Of a DNA stretch of 38,674 nucleotides, positions 1 through 11,061 are shown one piece after another. The notes under the pieces are model-generated. The model had not been told where the DNA came from, made no database searches, and saw only the letters and a program-made list of their open reading frames with translations. The first letter of the stretch is position 1. Every line of letters begins with the position of its first letter. This DNA comes from a virus (taxonomy: Duplodnaviria; Heunggongvirae; Uroviricota; Caudoviricetes), in the IMG/VR virus record IMGVR_UViG_3300021400_000048, positions 184,791-223,464 of that record; one strand, given 5' to 3'. The translations under genes and the position numbers were made by a program.

Positions 1-612
1 TAATGGCTCTACTAATAAAGAGCCTTTATTAATCATTGTTCTAACTTTATTTTCACCACAATGATCAATAAATGGTCCTAAGAATGGAAGTAGCTTATCA
101 ATAACTTCACCTGGTAATGCACCTAAGTCTTTTGTATTTGCTACATCAACATTATTTCTAATTCAAATTATTTTTTCAAATTTTCCATGATTTAGTGCTT
201 CAAGACCTGCAGCAACAAGTATCATTGTTTTACCTGTTCCTCAAGTGCCACATAATAATTTAACTGTAGTATCACCGTCTTTCACTAAATTAAAAGCACA
301 TATTTGTTCATCATTTCGTGGCATATAAACATCATTATTTTTCTTGGTCGATGTTCGTTTTTTCTTTTGATTGTCAGGAATGACTACTTCTTTTTCTTCC
401 TCTCGTTCAATTTTTATAGTATTTCTACCAATTTTTTTAAGCTTTCCAGCTTTTTTAACATATTGAGCTTCAAGTTCATTTTGAGTATTATATATTAATA
501 AATACTCATTTTCTAAAAGCTCAAAAGGAACGACTTGATCTGACATAAAATCAACTCACTCTTCTGCAGTTGGAGTTCATTTTTTTCAGCCTGTGTACTT
601 TTGTTCTATCAT
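1..612 (-). CDS. phoH: PhoH-like ATPase (3' end outside window; TGA=Trp)
   Basis: AAGGAG RBS then ATG at 612. Reading TGA as W gives MIEQKYTGWKKW...NDEQICAFNL...LLCGTWGTGKT...KIIWIRNN...DLGALPGEVIDKLLPF, with a Walker A and the PhoH LGxLPG motif. 5 in-frame TGA. Confidence 0.88.
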
Positions 613-631
613 AGAAACTCCTTATATAAAA

Positions 632-664
632 AATTAATTGAAGCTATAAAAGCTTCAATTAATT
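632..664 (-). terminator. Inverted repeat / intrinsic terminator overlapping a late-type promoter motif
   Basis: AATTAATTGAAGCT-5 nt loop-AGCTTCAATTAATT, followed by a T-run on the minus strand, just after the 678 stop. Confidence 0.6.
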
Positions 665-670
665 TAGCAA
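660..670 (-). promoter_or_regulatory. Putative phage late promoter TTGCTAAATTA (copy 1, upstream of phoH)
   Basis: Identical 11-mer in five intergenic regions, each ~20-70 nt upstream of a start codon. Confidence 0.6.
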
Positions 671-677
671 TTATTAA

Positions 678-1148
678 TTAGGCTAATTCGCGTCTTCCAT
701 TAATATAATCTAAGACTAAAATATCAGTTCTAATTAGCTTTAATAAGGCTTCACAAGCAGGAAAATCTTCATTTTTAAAATAATTATTTAAAACTTTTGT
801 TATTTCTTCAGCTCGTGCTTCTTTTAAAAATGCTTGTTTATTATCAGTAAGCTTTTTACTGTATAGAATAATTTGTGTAAGTAAACAAGCAAGTACTGTT
901 AAAATTTCATCTTTTTCTTTCTGCTCTTTTAATAAATTTGTATACAATGGTGATTTATTTTTATTATGGCTTTTTCTAAGCATTTCATAAAAATTAATAA
1001 CTTCAATTCCTTGATGAGCAGCAATAAATTTTAAAGTGTCAATAGGTACTTCTTTTGCTGTAGCAAGTTTTAATATTTGTTGATTAATGTTAACACCATT
1101 ATCTTCTAATTTTACTAAAATAGACATGCAATCTTCTTTTGTAATCAT
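678..1148 (-). CDS. Hypothetical protein (helical, ~156 aa), downstream of portal
   Basis: Open frame; ATG at 1148 follows a GAAAGGGA RBS-like sequence (ORF track starts at 1166). Confidence 0.75.
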   Translation of the reverse strand: MITKEDCMSILVKLEDNGVNINQQILKLATAKEVPIDTLKFIAAHQGIEVINFYEMLRKSHNKNKSPLYTNLLKEQKEKDEILTVLACLLTQIILYSKKLTDNKQAFLKEARAEEITKVLNNYFKNEDFPACEALLKLIRTDILVLDYINGRRELA

Positions 1149-1175
1149 ATAAATATTCCCTTTCAAAAACTTATA

Positions 1176-3179
1176 CTATTCATTCCTTGAAAAATCTTTA
1201 TTTTTGTCTAGTTCTTCTGGTGATGGTAAATTATCATCTTCAGTTAAAAAATCAGATTCGTCCAAGTTTAAATCCATATCTTCAATTAAAGGTTGAGTTT
1301 CTTCAGTGGGTTTGAAGCTTTCCATTGGGGCTTCTGCTGAATTACCAAGATCTATATCAATATCTTCTATTTCTGCTTGCTTATTACCTGCTTGGCTATT
1401 TAAATTTGCCTCATTTTGAGCTTCTTCCTCAGCCTTTTCTTCTATTTTTTTGGCAGTACCAATTTCTTTATCTAATATATCAAGAATTTCATCACCATAG
1501 TTCAATTTAGCAACTAATTGTTTAACAATCTCTAATTGTCTTGAACGTGTTTCAACATTTGAGAATAAGCTTTGGAAGTTACTAATTGCATTAATTCTAT
1601 CATTTAGATTTGCTCTAAAGTCTAACTCTTCTTGTGATACAGGTTCACGCATTTTTAGTGTAAAGTTATTTAAATATGACATTAAGCCTTTATTTATTAA
1701 AATTAAATTAATTGCATCTGATAAAGCTTGAATTAATGCATTTTGAATATGCTTAATACCTTTAGCAAATACACTTGAAATAATAGCAAGTGATTGGCCG
1801 CCATTAAAGCCAGCACCATCATCTGTATAACCAAAGAATGCTTTTGGAATACCAAAACTTGAGTAATATTTATTAATTCAATTATCTAAATCTGCAAGAC
1901 CTTTAACATCGACATCACCACCAACAGCACTTACTGAAACAGCACCTTGTCCACCGTGAGTAGTGATATAAACATTATTTTCTACAGGCCCCATATTCGC
2001 ATATTCTGCATATGATTTATCTGTATTAATTGCAGATTTTTGTTCAAATAATGATTTAACTTGTTTAACTACATTTCTTGATTGAGTTTTGCCCATATTA
2101 CCAACTTCAACTTGAATTAATCTAATAATACTTGATTTAGTTACACGATTTAATAAAATAACATCTTCAAGTAATGTTTTTTCTCTTCAAATTTTATATG
2201 AGTCATATAGCATTGATTTACCACGACGAACATTATAAGAAGAGCTTGTTGTAGAAGTTTTATTATCTTCATCAACTTTAAACAACTCAACTTTTTCTGG
2301 ATAACGCGAATTTGCATCTTCTAAGCAAGCATGAACAAAATCATCTGCTTGATAAATATTTACATCATTAGATTTCATTCTATAGTTTCCGACTAATGAA
2401 TTCATATTACCATTTGTGTTAACTAAATAGTTATTTAAATAATTATTTTGAGTATCATCATTTGGTGTTTCAATGTATCCAAAGGTTTTTCCAAGTCTAC
2501 ATAACTCAAACATTGTACTTGGGTCATCAACCATTTCAATATATAAACTATATGGATCACTAGGTGAGTGTATATTCATTTGAACAGATTCATCTAATTT
2601 TTCACCATCAGAAAATATATCATTGACAGCCTTATTTAAATCCTCATTTAACACATTTCTGCTTCTATAAACTTTATCAATAGTATTTGTGTCAAATAGA
2701 CTGTCTTTATATTCAGATTCGCGATAAAGTCTTAAATAAACATCACCATATTTAACTAGATTATATGCTCATTTATACATTTGCTTATCTGCATTCATAA
2801 CATTTAGTAAATAGTTAACATACATACTAACTTTTTGGTCATCAGATTCTGCTCAGATAACATGGCCATTATCAGCTGTTTCAGTAGCTTCTTCTGCATA
2901 CACTTTAATAATAGCACTAACATCAGAGTCTGCTGCCATTGTATCAATTAATGTATAAATCTGCTCACGACTATTAGAAATTGCAGTAAATTCTTCTAAT
3001 TTAGAAATATCTAGGCCACCACTTAAACCACCTTGAATAATATCATCAATTAAAGTTTGTTTAGTATCAATATCTAATTTTACAGTATTATCTAGGACTG
3101 TTGGTTTAGCTTGAGCACCATTTAAGTTAGATTTTGTTTGTTCTGGTTTTACAGGTTTTTTCTTTTTTTCTTCTGCCAT
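1176..3179 (-). CDS. Portal vertex protein, T4 gp20-like (667 aa; TGA=Trp)
   Basis: Four same-frame ORF fragments joined by 4 TGA. GKSMLYDSYKIWREKTLLEDVILLNRVTKSSIIRLIQVEVGNM resembles the gp20 LLED...R..R.....ID.GNMP block. Lies next to the terminase. Confidence 0.85.
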
Positions 3180-3188
3180 AAAATTCTC

Positions 3189-5255
3189 CTATAATACAAT
3201 AATTCCATCTGCTATATCTTGTAAAGACATTTCTTCTTCTTGTTCTTGCTGTTTAGCAACTTTAAATGCTTTATTTTCTTCTTGTCAGATTTGAAGTAAA
3301 TCATCTTGTAGGTTTTTAATAAATGATGCTTTATCATTTGAATTTAAATTATCTTCTAAATTTACTTCAACGTCGCTTATTAACTGATCACCATATTCAT
3401 ATGAATATTGCTCAGAATATTTACTTGCCATATATAAGCTTCCACACACAGCATCACATTGGTCTTTTGAACCCTCTTTACCAGCATTTCTATGCTCAAT
3501 GTGGCCATCTGCTAAACGTTCAAGTTCAGTAATTTCTTTTGTTAATAAATCACATTTTTTATATATTTTAATACGTCTTTCATAAATAGCTGTTTTAAAA
3601 TATGCATAAGCTGGTTGCTGTTTAGTTTGCGCTTCTACACGGTCTACTGATAATATTTCAGTTTTAAATCCATCAGCTGCTAAATCTTGTCTGATATTAG
3701 CACTATTAAATGTATCTGATGAAATAACTTTAATATCAAAACCTTTTTCACGAAGTCATCTAATAAAGTTTCTTGTTTTTTCAAAAGATACTTGGAAACC
3801 TTTTGGTGCTTTAACTGAGACAGAAAAAGCTAGTTTATATTGTAAGTCTCTTGAATAACTAATTTCATCTTCTGCATTAGTTTGTCCAGGAATTACTTTA
3901 GCAGTTTGTTTCCAACCATCAATTCATACTCCTGCAATACCAGTCATGTCTCCTGATAAAGACAAGTCAAGGTGCATAAATAAAGGTTTTCTTAAATCAT
4001 CACTAGATACAGCAGATAAATCAAAGAAATTAGCATATTGTAAATGATCTTCTGGACTGTTACCAACTTCAATAATATCTTTTGTAAATGGATTTTTATA
4101 AGTGTCTGTTTTAGTTTGATTTAAACGTTCACCAGAAATAAACTTTAAAGTACTGGCAGTAGCAATACCAATAATACTACAAATAGCTTCATCTAAGTTT
4201 TGTTGGAAAGTTTCTAAATAACCAATTGGTACTTGCCACATATCATATCCTTGTGCACGCATTTCTTCAATTTTTTCTTCAGGTGCATCAAGTGGAAGTA
4301 ATTCATTAGACAAGAATTTATTACCAACGCCAACTCAGAATTTTCTATCTGAATTTTTACGATCATCAACTACCCATTGTGGTTCATCTACAATTAAAGT
4401 AGTTTGTGAGTTTGTTTCACGTTTATTTTTAATATAATCATCTAAGAATGCTTGATCAGTATCTTTTGAAGAGGCTAGAATATTTAAAGTTGGTAAGTAT
4501 GTTCCACGTAAGAAACGTGAACGCATACGAGCATCAACTTGAGTAATAATTTTTAGCATTTTCTTTTTAGCTTTTTCTGCATTACTTGTTAAAGCAAAGT
4601 TAACTTCATCTGAGAAATTACAGAACAAAGCACGACCAACAATTTGGTTATTACTTGAAGAAGCAATAAATTCAATATGTTTATCTGGGTGGTAAACTAA
4701 ATTAGTTGTTCCACGCATTTCACCATGTGCCATAAATCATTCACTTGATAAAATTAATTGGTTCATTTTATCTAATGCAACACCCTTGGCATTTTCAATA
4801 GTAATATTCATGAATGAGATAGATATTTTATCAATTAACTGCATTCCAAAATATGTATACGGGTCCTTTAAACAAAGTAATCTATATAACATATATAAAA
4901 TACAAATAACTGCAAAGAAAGATTTACCAATACCAATAGAGCCGGTTAATACAATATTATTATATTTAGTTGTTGTATTTGTAGGAAAAACTTCTTTTAA
5001 TTTTTCTTCTCAATATGGGAAAACTGTAAAACGACCTTCATTATCATAAAGGCCTTTTCCAAGATATTGCATTTCATGTAGAAATGTTCCAACATCAACA
5101 GGAATTTCTTCTCAGTCTGCTCATTTTATATCTTTTTCTAAAGCTGATTCACCTGAGACAGCATATTGCTGTAATATTTGCAAAACTTGTTGTCGTTCTT
5201 CAGGAGATAAGCCCTCTAAAGATTGCTTTAATATTTCTTGTTCATCAGACATCAT
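3189..5255 (-). CDS. terL: Terminase large subunit (688 aa; TGA=Trp)
   Basis: AGGAGA RBS. Walker A LTGSIGIGKS, Walker B FSDEVNF, nuclease motifs HLDLSLSGDMTGIA and SKDQCDAVCG. 8 in-frame TGA, TAG stop at 3189. Confidence 0.9.
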
Positions 5256-5280
5256 CTGGTTGAATCTCCTTTATATCTAT

Positions 5281-5293
5281 ATATTATACAATA
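5281..5293 (-). promoter_or_regulatory. Sigma70/SigA-like -10 motif TATTGTATAAT upstream of terminase
   Basis: Same motif occurs intergenically at 29837, 33182 and 38271. Confidence 0.5.
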
Positions 5294-5307
5294 TTTTATA
5301 ATTTAAT

Positions 5308-7650
5308 TTATTTTTGGCTTTCTTCAGATTCTTTTTCTTTTTTCTTTCTGCCACCAGTTCCAGTAATAGGATTTTTGTTAGAGCCTTTTTTAAATTTTCC
5401 ACGATCTTTTGCCCATTGGTTAATAGTATCAATTAAGTTAGTATCAGTTTCTAAATTAGTATCTTCTGGAACTAGATTATCTTCTATAGCATCGTCTGCA
5501 GGAATTCCATATAATTTAGGAAATATTAACTTTAAGAAAGGTTTTTTCATATGTTCAGCAGCATAATTACAATAGTTCATAATAACTGATGAAACTTTCA
5601 TTATTCAAGAACCATTAGCTATACATAATAAAATATGTTTACATCCCTTACCCTTATCATTATTTGGATTAGTAATACCTCTACCAGGACCTGGGTCTTT
5701 TGAAGTGTCATCAACACTGTAATTGTTTATAATTGATCAATGTGCAAAACGATATTGAAAATCTTCACATGTACATTTTACATAAACATTTTTAGTATTA
5801 AATACTTTTGTTAATGATTGTAGAACAGTCTTGAATTCAAATTGATTATTATGCTGTTTAATATGTCTTGCAATTTCTTCAACAACACCTTCAAGCTTTA
5901 TTGTTACAGTATATTCATCAGTTTCACCTTGTACAGGAATTTTTATTTGAAGAATATCTTGTTTAAAGAACTCGTTCATATTAATTTGATTGTAGCTTTT
6001 TACTTGTGTAGAAACTTTAGAATATTTTTTTCTTTCTCATCTATTTTTGCCACGCTCTTTATTTTTATATTCACCAGCTTTTTTTGAGGCATTTGCAAGC
6101 TGAGCTCTAGTATCTTCTAATAAGCTTTCATATTTTAAAACTTCTTCATCGCCTAAATCACATACTGGACATTCACCAGCATCATTTAAGCGTGTACCAC
6201 AAGTTTGACAATATTTTATTTTAGAATCTTCAATTGATGCTGGATCAATATCTGTAAAGTCAATATCTTTATAATTAATATCTTTTTCGCCTAAAACTTT
6301 AACTTTTTCTTCTTTGATTTTAAAATTTGCCCCAGCAGATCTATCATAGCCATATGCTTTTGCAGCTTGAAACTTTAAATTGTTTATAGCTTTAGCCAAT
6401 GAAACTGCCATTGTCTTTAATTTTAAATTGCCCATATATGTTGAAAATCTATAAACTGGGCCATCATATGTATAACAATGATAATCTGCTTTACTATATT
6501 TTTCAGGCAATGTTTTAGGGTCTATTCTAGTGCCGCTAAGTATTAGTTTATTATCAAATAAAATATAACAAATATCACCACGTGAGCTTTCACCAAAATT
6601 AGCATATTTTATACAATTATAATTTTTTTCCTTTAAGAATTGTACTAATAGCTTTAATGCTAGTTTTTTATCTTGTGTTGCACGTATTTTTTCAAGTGTA
6701 TCAAGATCAGCATAGTTTAGATTATCTATATTTACTACACTATTATCTACATTATCTTTTCAATTATTTCCTTCTTCATCAGTACCAAAAGTCGCACCAT
6801 ATACATTTTTATTCTTAATTTTATTAATTAATAATATAGCAATTTCATTTGCACTTCAATCAAGAATATCTATATCAAAAGAAGCTGGTTTTAAATTCTT
6901 TGCATCTAATATATATTTATATAAGTTGCCTTTTTTAAAGTCAAGTCCTCTATTAGTTGCTAAGTCTTTGCAAGTTTCAATAGTTGTTGATAAATGAATT
7001 CCTTGATAATTTGGCTTTATATTATCAAAACTTTTTGGGCTTCAATGATATGCTATTATTTCAGATAATTCTTCATCGAGTGGGTGTGTTTTATAAGCTT
7101 CAATAGCTTTTTTTCATTGAGTCTTAAATGATGGATCATTAATTACTTCATTAATTTTATATCATTTAGCTGTAGATTTCATTGATTTATCTTGATCAAC
7201 TTTATCAACATCACCAGTATATTTGCCATCATACTTAGCAATAATTAAACAAGTATAATAATTATACCACCATTCCTCTTCAGGAACATTTTCTTTAACT
7301 CAGTCTTTTACTTCATTGTGACATTCACAATAGTCAAATTTTGTATCAACTGCTTCTTTAACATTAATATAAACTTCTTCTTGTGCTTCACGAATAGCTG
7401 CTTGCAATGGCGTTTCATTTTCTTCAAGCCCACCACCAGGCAAACTAAATACACCTGGTTCATCTGCTTCTTCACCAAGTAAAATTTCATTGTCATTTAA
7501 AATAATGATACCAGCGCGTAATCTTGATTTTTTACCATTAAAAATAATAGTTGCATTACAAGTACTATCCTTAGGATTAGTTCAGTATGTAATATCTTCA
7601 TAATCCCAAGTACGCTTATTTATATTTACTAATTCTTCTAATAAAAGCAT
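5308..7650 (-). CDS. Multidomain protein: Nudix hydrolase + ADP-ribosyltransferase-like + Zn ribbon + SWIM-type Zn finger (780 aa; TGA=Trp)
   Basis: Single frame from ATG 7650 (AAGGAG RBS) to TAA 5308 with 10 TGA. Nudix box GGGLEENETPLQAAIREAQEEV; ART-like AYHWS...GIHLS...YNCIKYANFGE...YILFD; CQTC..CPVC; CTCEDF...GCKH. Confidence 0.82.
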
Positions 7651-7684
7651 AAGTATCTCCTTATGAAAGAATTTTGTTTACGTA

Positions 7685-7695
7685 TAATTTAGCAA
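7685..7695 (-). promoter_or_regulatory. Putative late promoter TTGCTAAATTA (copy 2)
   Basis: Repeated intergenic 11-mer, 35 nt upstream of ATG 7650. Confidence 0.6.
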
Positions 7696-7712
7696 ATATA
7701 TTTATTAAAAAT

Positions 7713-7740
7713 AAAAGGGGACTATTATAAGTCCTCTTTT
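7713..7740 (-). terminator. Intrinsic terminator
   Basis: AAAAGAGGACT-TATAAT-AGTCCCCTTTT hairpin plus T-rich tail at the end of the 7725..11039 gene. Confidence 0.65.
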
Positions 7741-10700
7741 TCTTTAATTCTACCACGAATTGTTCAATATCTTGGTTGTAGTCCTGTAAATACTGGACGA
7801 CTGAAATCAAATTTACCAGCAATTTTATCTAATTTTTCTACATAATCTAATTGACGTAATTGTCTTAATATATTATCAACATCAGATTCTTTAACTAAGT
7901 TAATAGTAAAATTATTATTATTATCAATAAGTACTTGATTATGAGCAATTCGTGAAATCTCGATTTGATAGTCTCTTCTTACACTATCATCTAATCTTTC
8001 TTCTAAGCTTTCTAAGCTTAATTCTTTAGATTTTAGCTCATTCTTTAAAGTTTTTAAGTCGTCTAAATATCCAAGGCCTCTAATCTCCTTGAATGTTAGA
8101 TTTTTTAATGAGTATTCAGACTCAGCAATGCCTTCTTTTCTAACTTCATAAATATCTTCAATATATTTTTCAATATCTTCAACAGTTGGGTTAGCTTTAA
8201 TTGTATTATATTTATCAATTCAAGGTTGAACTAGCTTATCTAATTCTGCTTGATCAATTTCAGGAATATCAGACACAGCAGGCTCTTTAATTCATTCATC
8301 ATTTAAAACTGAATAAATACCGGCTGAATTTAAAGCAGAAGTTTTACGTTCTTCAGTAATTTCATTATTATCAATTTGCTCTGTCTCTTCTGTTTCCACA
8401 AATAGCTCAACAGGGATACCCTTAATAATAGGATCAAACTTATTATTAAAAATACTACGATATGCAGAGTATAATAATGGATATAAATTATCAGGACAAT
8501 GTAATGATTCTGTTTCTGCAACTAAGTGCAAATCTAAGTCTGAATTTTCATTATAGTTATATGAACAGTTTGAGCCAACAATTTTAATATCTTTTAAATT
8601 AAACTTAATTTCATCTTTTTCTAGGCCATCAGTAAATTCTTTAGCAATAGCTAATAATTTCTCTCTTACTTCTGGTAAAAGTTTATTATTTGCATCAAAT
8701 AGTGCAGGATTTAAGGTATCATGTTTTTCTACTTTTTCTTCTAAGTCTTCCTTTGAATTAATGTTTTTTAAATAATTTTTGACATCACTATATTTAGGAT
8801 CATTTAAAATTTCAGCTAATTTACTAAAGTCTTCATCAGAAAAATTTTCATGATATCCATTAGCAAACATTGCTTTTCTTTGAGCATCAGCAGCTTTCTT
8901 AGTTTTAAATGTTCCATGAGTTCCTTCTTTGCCTTTATTAACTCATTTACCATCTTTTACTTTTTCAGTACCCTCTTCTAAACTTTCATTAGCATTATTA
9001 GAGTTTACTCGTTCAACGTTAGTTATATGATATTGTTTTCCAGAATTAATACTTCATTTATTAATAGTGTCGTCAAAAGCTTCTTTAGAATCATAATAAT
9101 AGTAAGAATTTACAGTTTTGCCACTTCAAGCATCTTGATAAGTAAAATAATAATTACCAGGACCAGATCATGCATTTTTTAGTTGTTCTTGTTCTTCTTG
9201 ATCTGATTGATTATTTACTTGACGTCAGCAATCAATATCTTGATTACTTAATTTACTAATATCTTCATTAATTAAATTAGCTTTTATTATATCATCTAAT
9301 TTTGCTTTTAAAGTATAAATATTTTTATCATATGCTATTAATACATTATCCTTATACGCACAATAATCTGTTATACCAGTATTTTTGTAATAAGGGCCGC
9401 TCATAGAAGATTCTTTTTTCTTATGTATTCTAATAAAACTTATTGGAGCATAAATATTATATCCATTATAATTAGAATTAAAAGTAAAATATTTATGATT
9501 TTTAATAACATCCTCAGTTTTAGGATGCTTAGAGCTGGCTGTTTTTCCTTTGTTAACTGAATATGCTCCAGTAGAATTTTTACTGTTATTAATTAATAAT
9601 TTTGCAGGGTCTACATCTTTTAATGTATCATCTTCACCAACAATATTAGTTGATTCGACTAAATCTTCATTTTGTTTTTCTTTAAAGTTGACAATTTGAT
9701 ATAAGACATCTTTAATATCTTGATCTGCTAATAGCTCATCGACAATTTTTTTAATTTTATTAAGTGGCACATTATGTACGCGAACTAATTCATTTTTTAA
9801 TATATCTACATAGTTTGCTTTTCTTTGTAGCATTGCATAAATTAAATATAAAAATGTAGTTCTTATGTTTTTTCCAGTAAGGCTTGTTGCTGGATTGTCT
9901 TTTACAAAAGCATAATCTGCATAGTGAAAATCATTTACTGTAAATTTTGGTAGTGATATAGGCATTAAGTCAGCAATCAGACCAAGATTCCCATAAATAT
10001 TTTTAAGTTCATTTTCAATATATGTTTTTGCTCTTGTTAAACTATTTTGAACACATATATTATAATTATATCTTACTTTTTCTGCACTTGCAGCACCAAC
10101 ATTAAAACCACGTGTACCATTGTTAAGTTGTTTCATTTTATCAAGTTGTGTTCAATATTCAAGTTTTGCTTCATTTAAATTATTCATATTAGCATTTCCT
10201 TTCATGTTTTCTTTATATCATCGACTGCTTTTACAAATATAGGCTGGACCACAATCTGTATTAACTTTAGTTGCCATTGATAAATCAGTTATATAATTAT
10301 TGCGACTAATTTCAATTTGTTTATCGCTAATTACATAGCGCCATGAAGCAAAATCTACTGCTGACTGCATTGGATTTTGCTTAAATTTAGTAATAAAATC
10401 TTTTGCTTCTTGTATAGTGGCAAATAAAGGCACATCACTCGGTAATTTATCATTAACAGTAGCCCCACGTACTACTATTTTATAGGTATCACCAATTTTT
10501 TTACCGAAAAATATGTGGCAACGACTTCCTGTGACCTTTTTTGTAGGATCTAGCGCAGTGAAGTCTTTTAAATAATATGTTATTATTTGAAAATATGGGG
10601 CATTTTGATTCTTAATATTATATTCAATTTCACTTTTTCTTTTTTCTCATGCTTGTTTAACAAGTATTTCTGGATTTGTAACATTTAAAGCAGCATATTT

Positions 10701-11039
10701 ATGATAGTTGTCTAAATACATCGAAACAAATTGACTACTACTTAGCGCCTTTATAATTGATAAAAGTTGATTAACTGTAAGATGATTTCTTCAATAGATA
10801 TCTGTTAGCGATTTTTTAATTCGCTCTGCTAAAGCAGGTCAGTCTAAAAGCATAGCTGCCATTAAGCGTCTAACACCTAAGCATAATATCTCTTGACCAA
10901 CCTGAGGATCCTGAGACATCAATTTAGTACTGTCTAATCATAGCATTTTACCATGCGTTTTAGCATCTAACACAGTTTTAAAATCTTCTTCAGTTGGTAC
11001 ACAGTTCTTTAAGGTATCAAAATCTTGTGAAAGTGTCAT
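7725..11039 (-). CDS. Large multidomain protein with C-terminal Pol-beta-superfamily nucleotidyltransferase (1104 aa; TGA=Trp)
   Basis: Open from ATG 11039 to TAA 7725 with 14 TGA. NTase motif IVGSNCSYNYNENSDLDLH (GS...DxD) and VELFVE, then EYSLKNLTFKEIRGLGYLD. Confidence 0.8.
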
Positions 11040-11061
11040 AATCAAATGCCCCTATAATTTA

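Noticed and set aside
7042-7050. TGA=Gly (code 25), suggested by YH-TGA-S resembling the ART YHGS motif
   Set aside because: TGA occupies the conserved Trp of TopA and aromatic positions in PhoH, terminase and portal; Trp fits far better overall. Selenocysteine is also excluded by the number and context of the sites.
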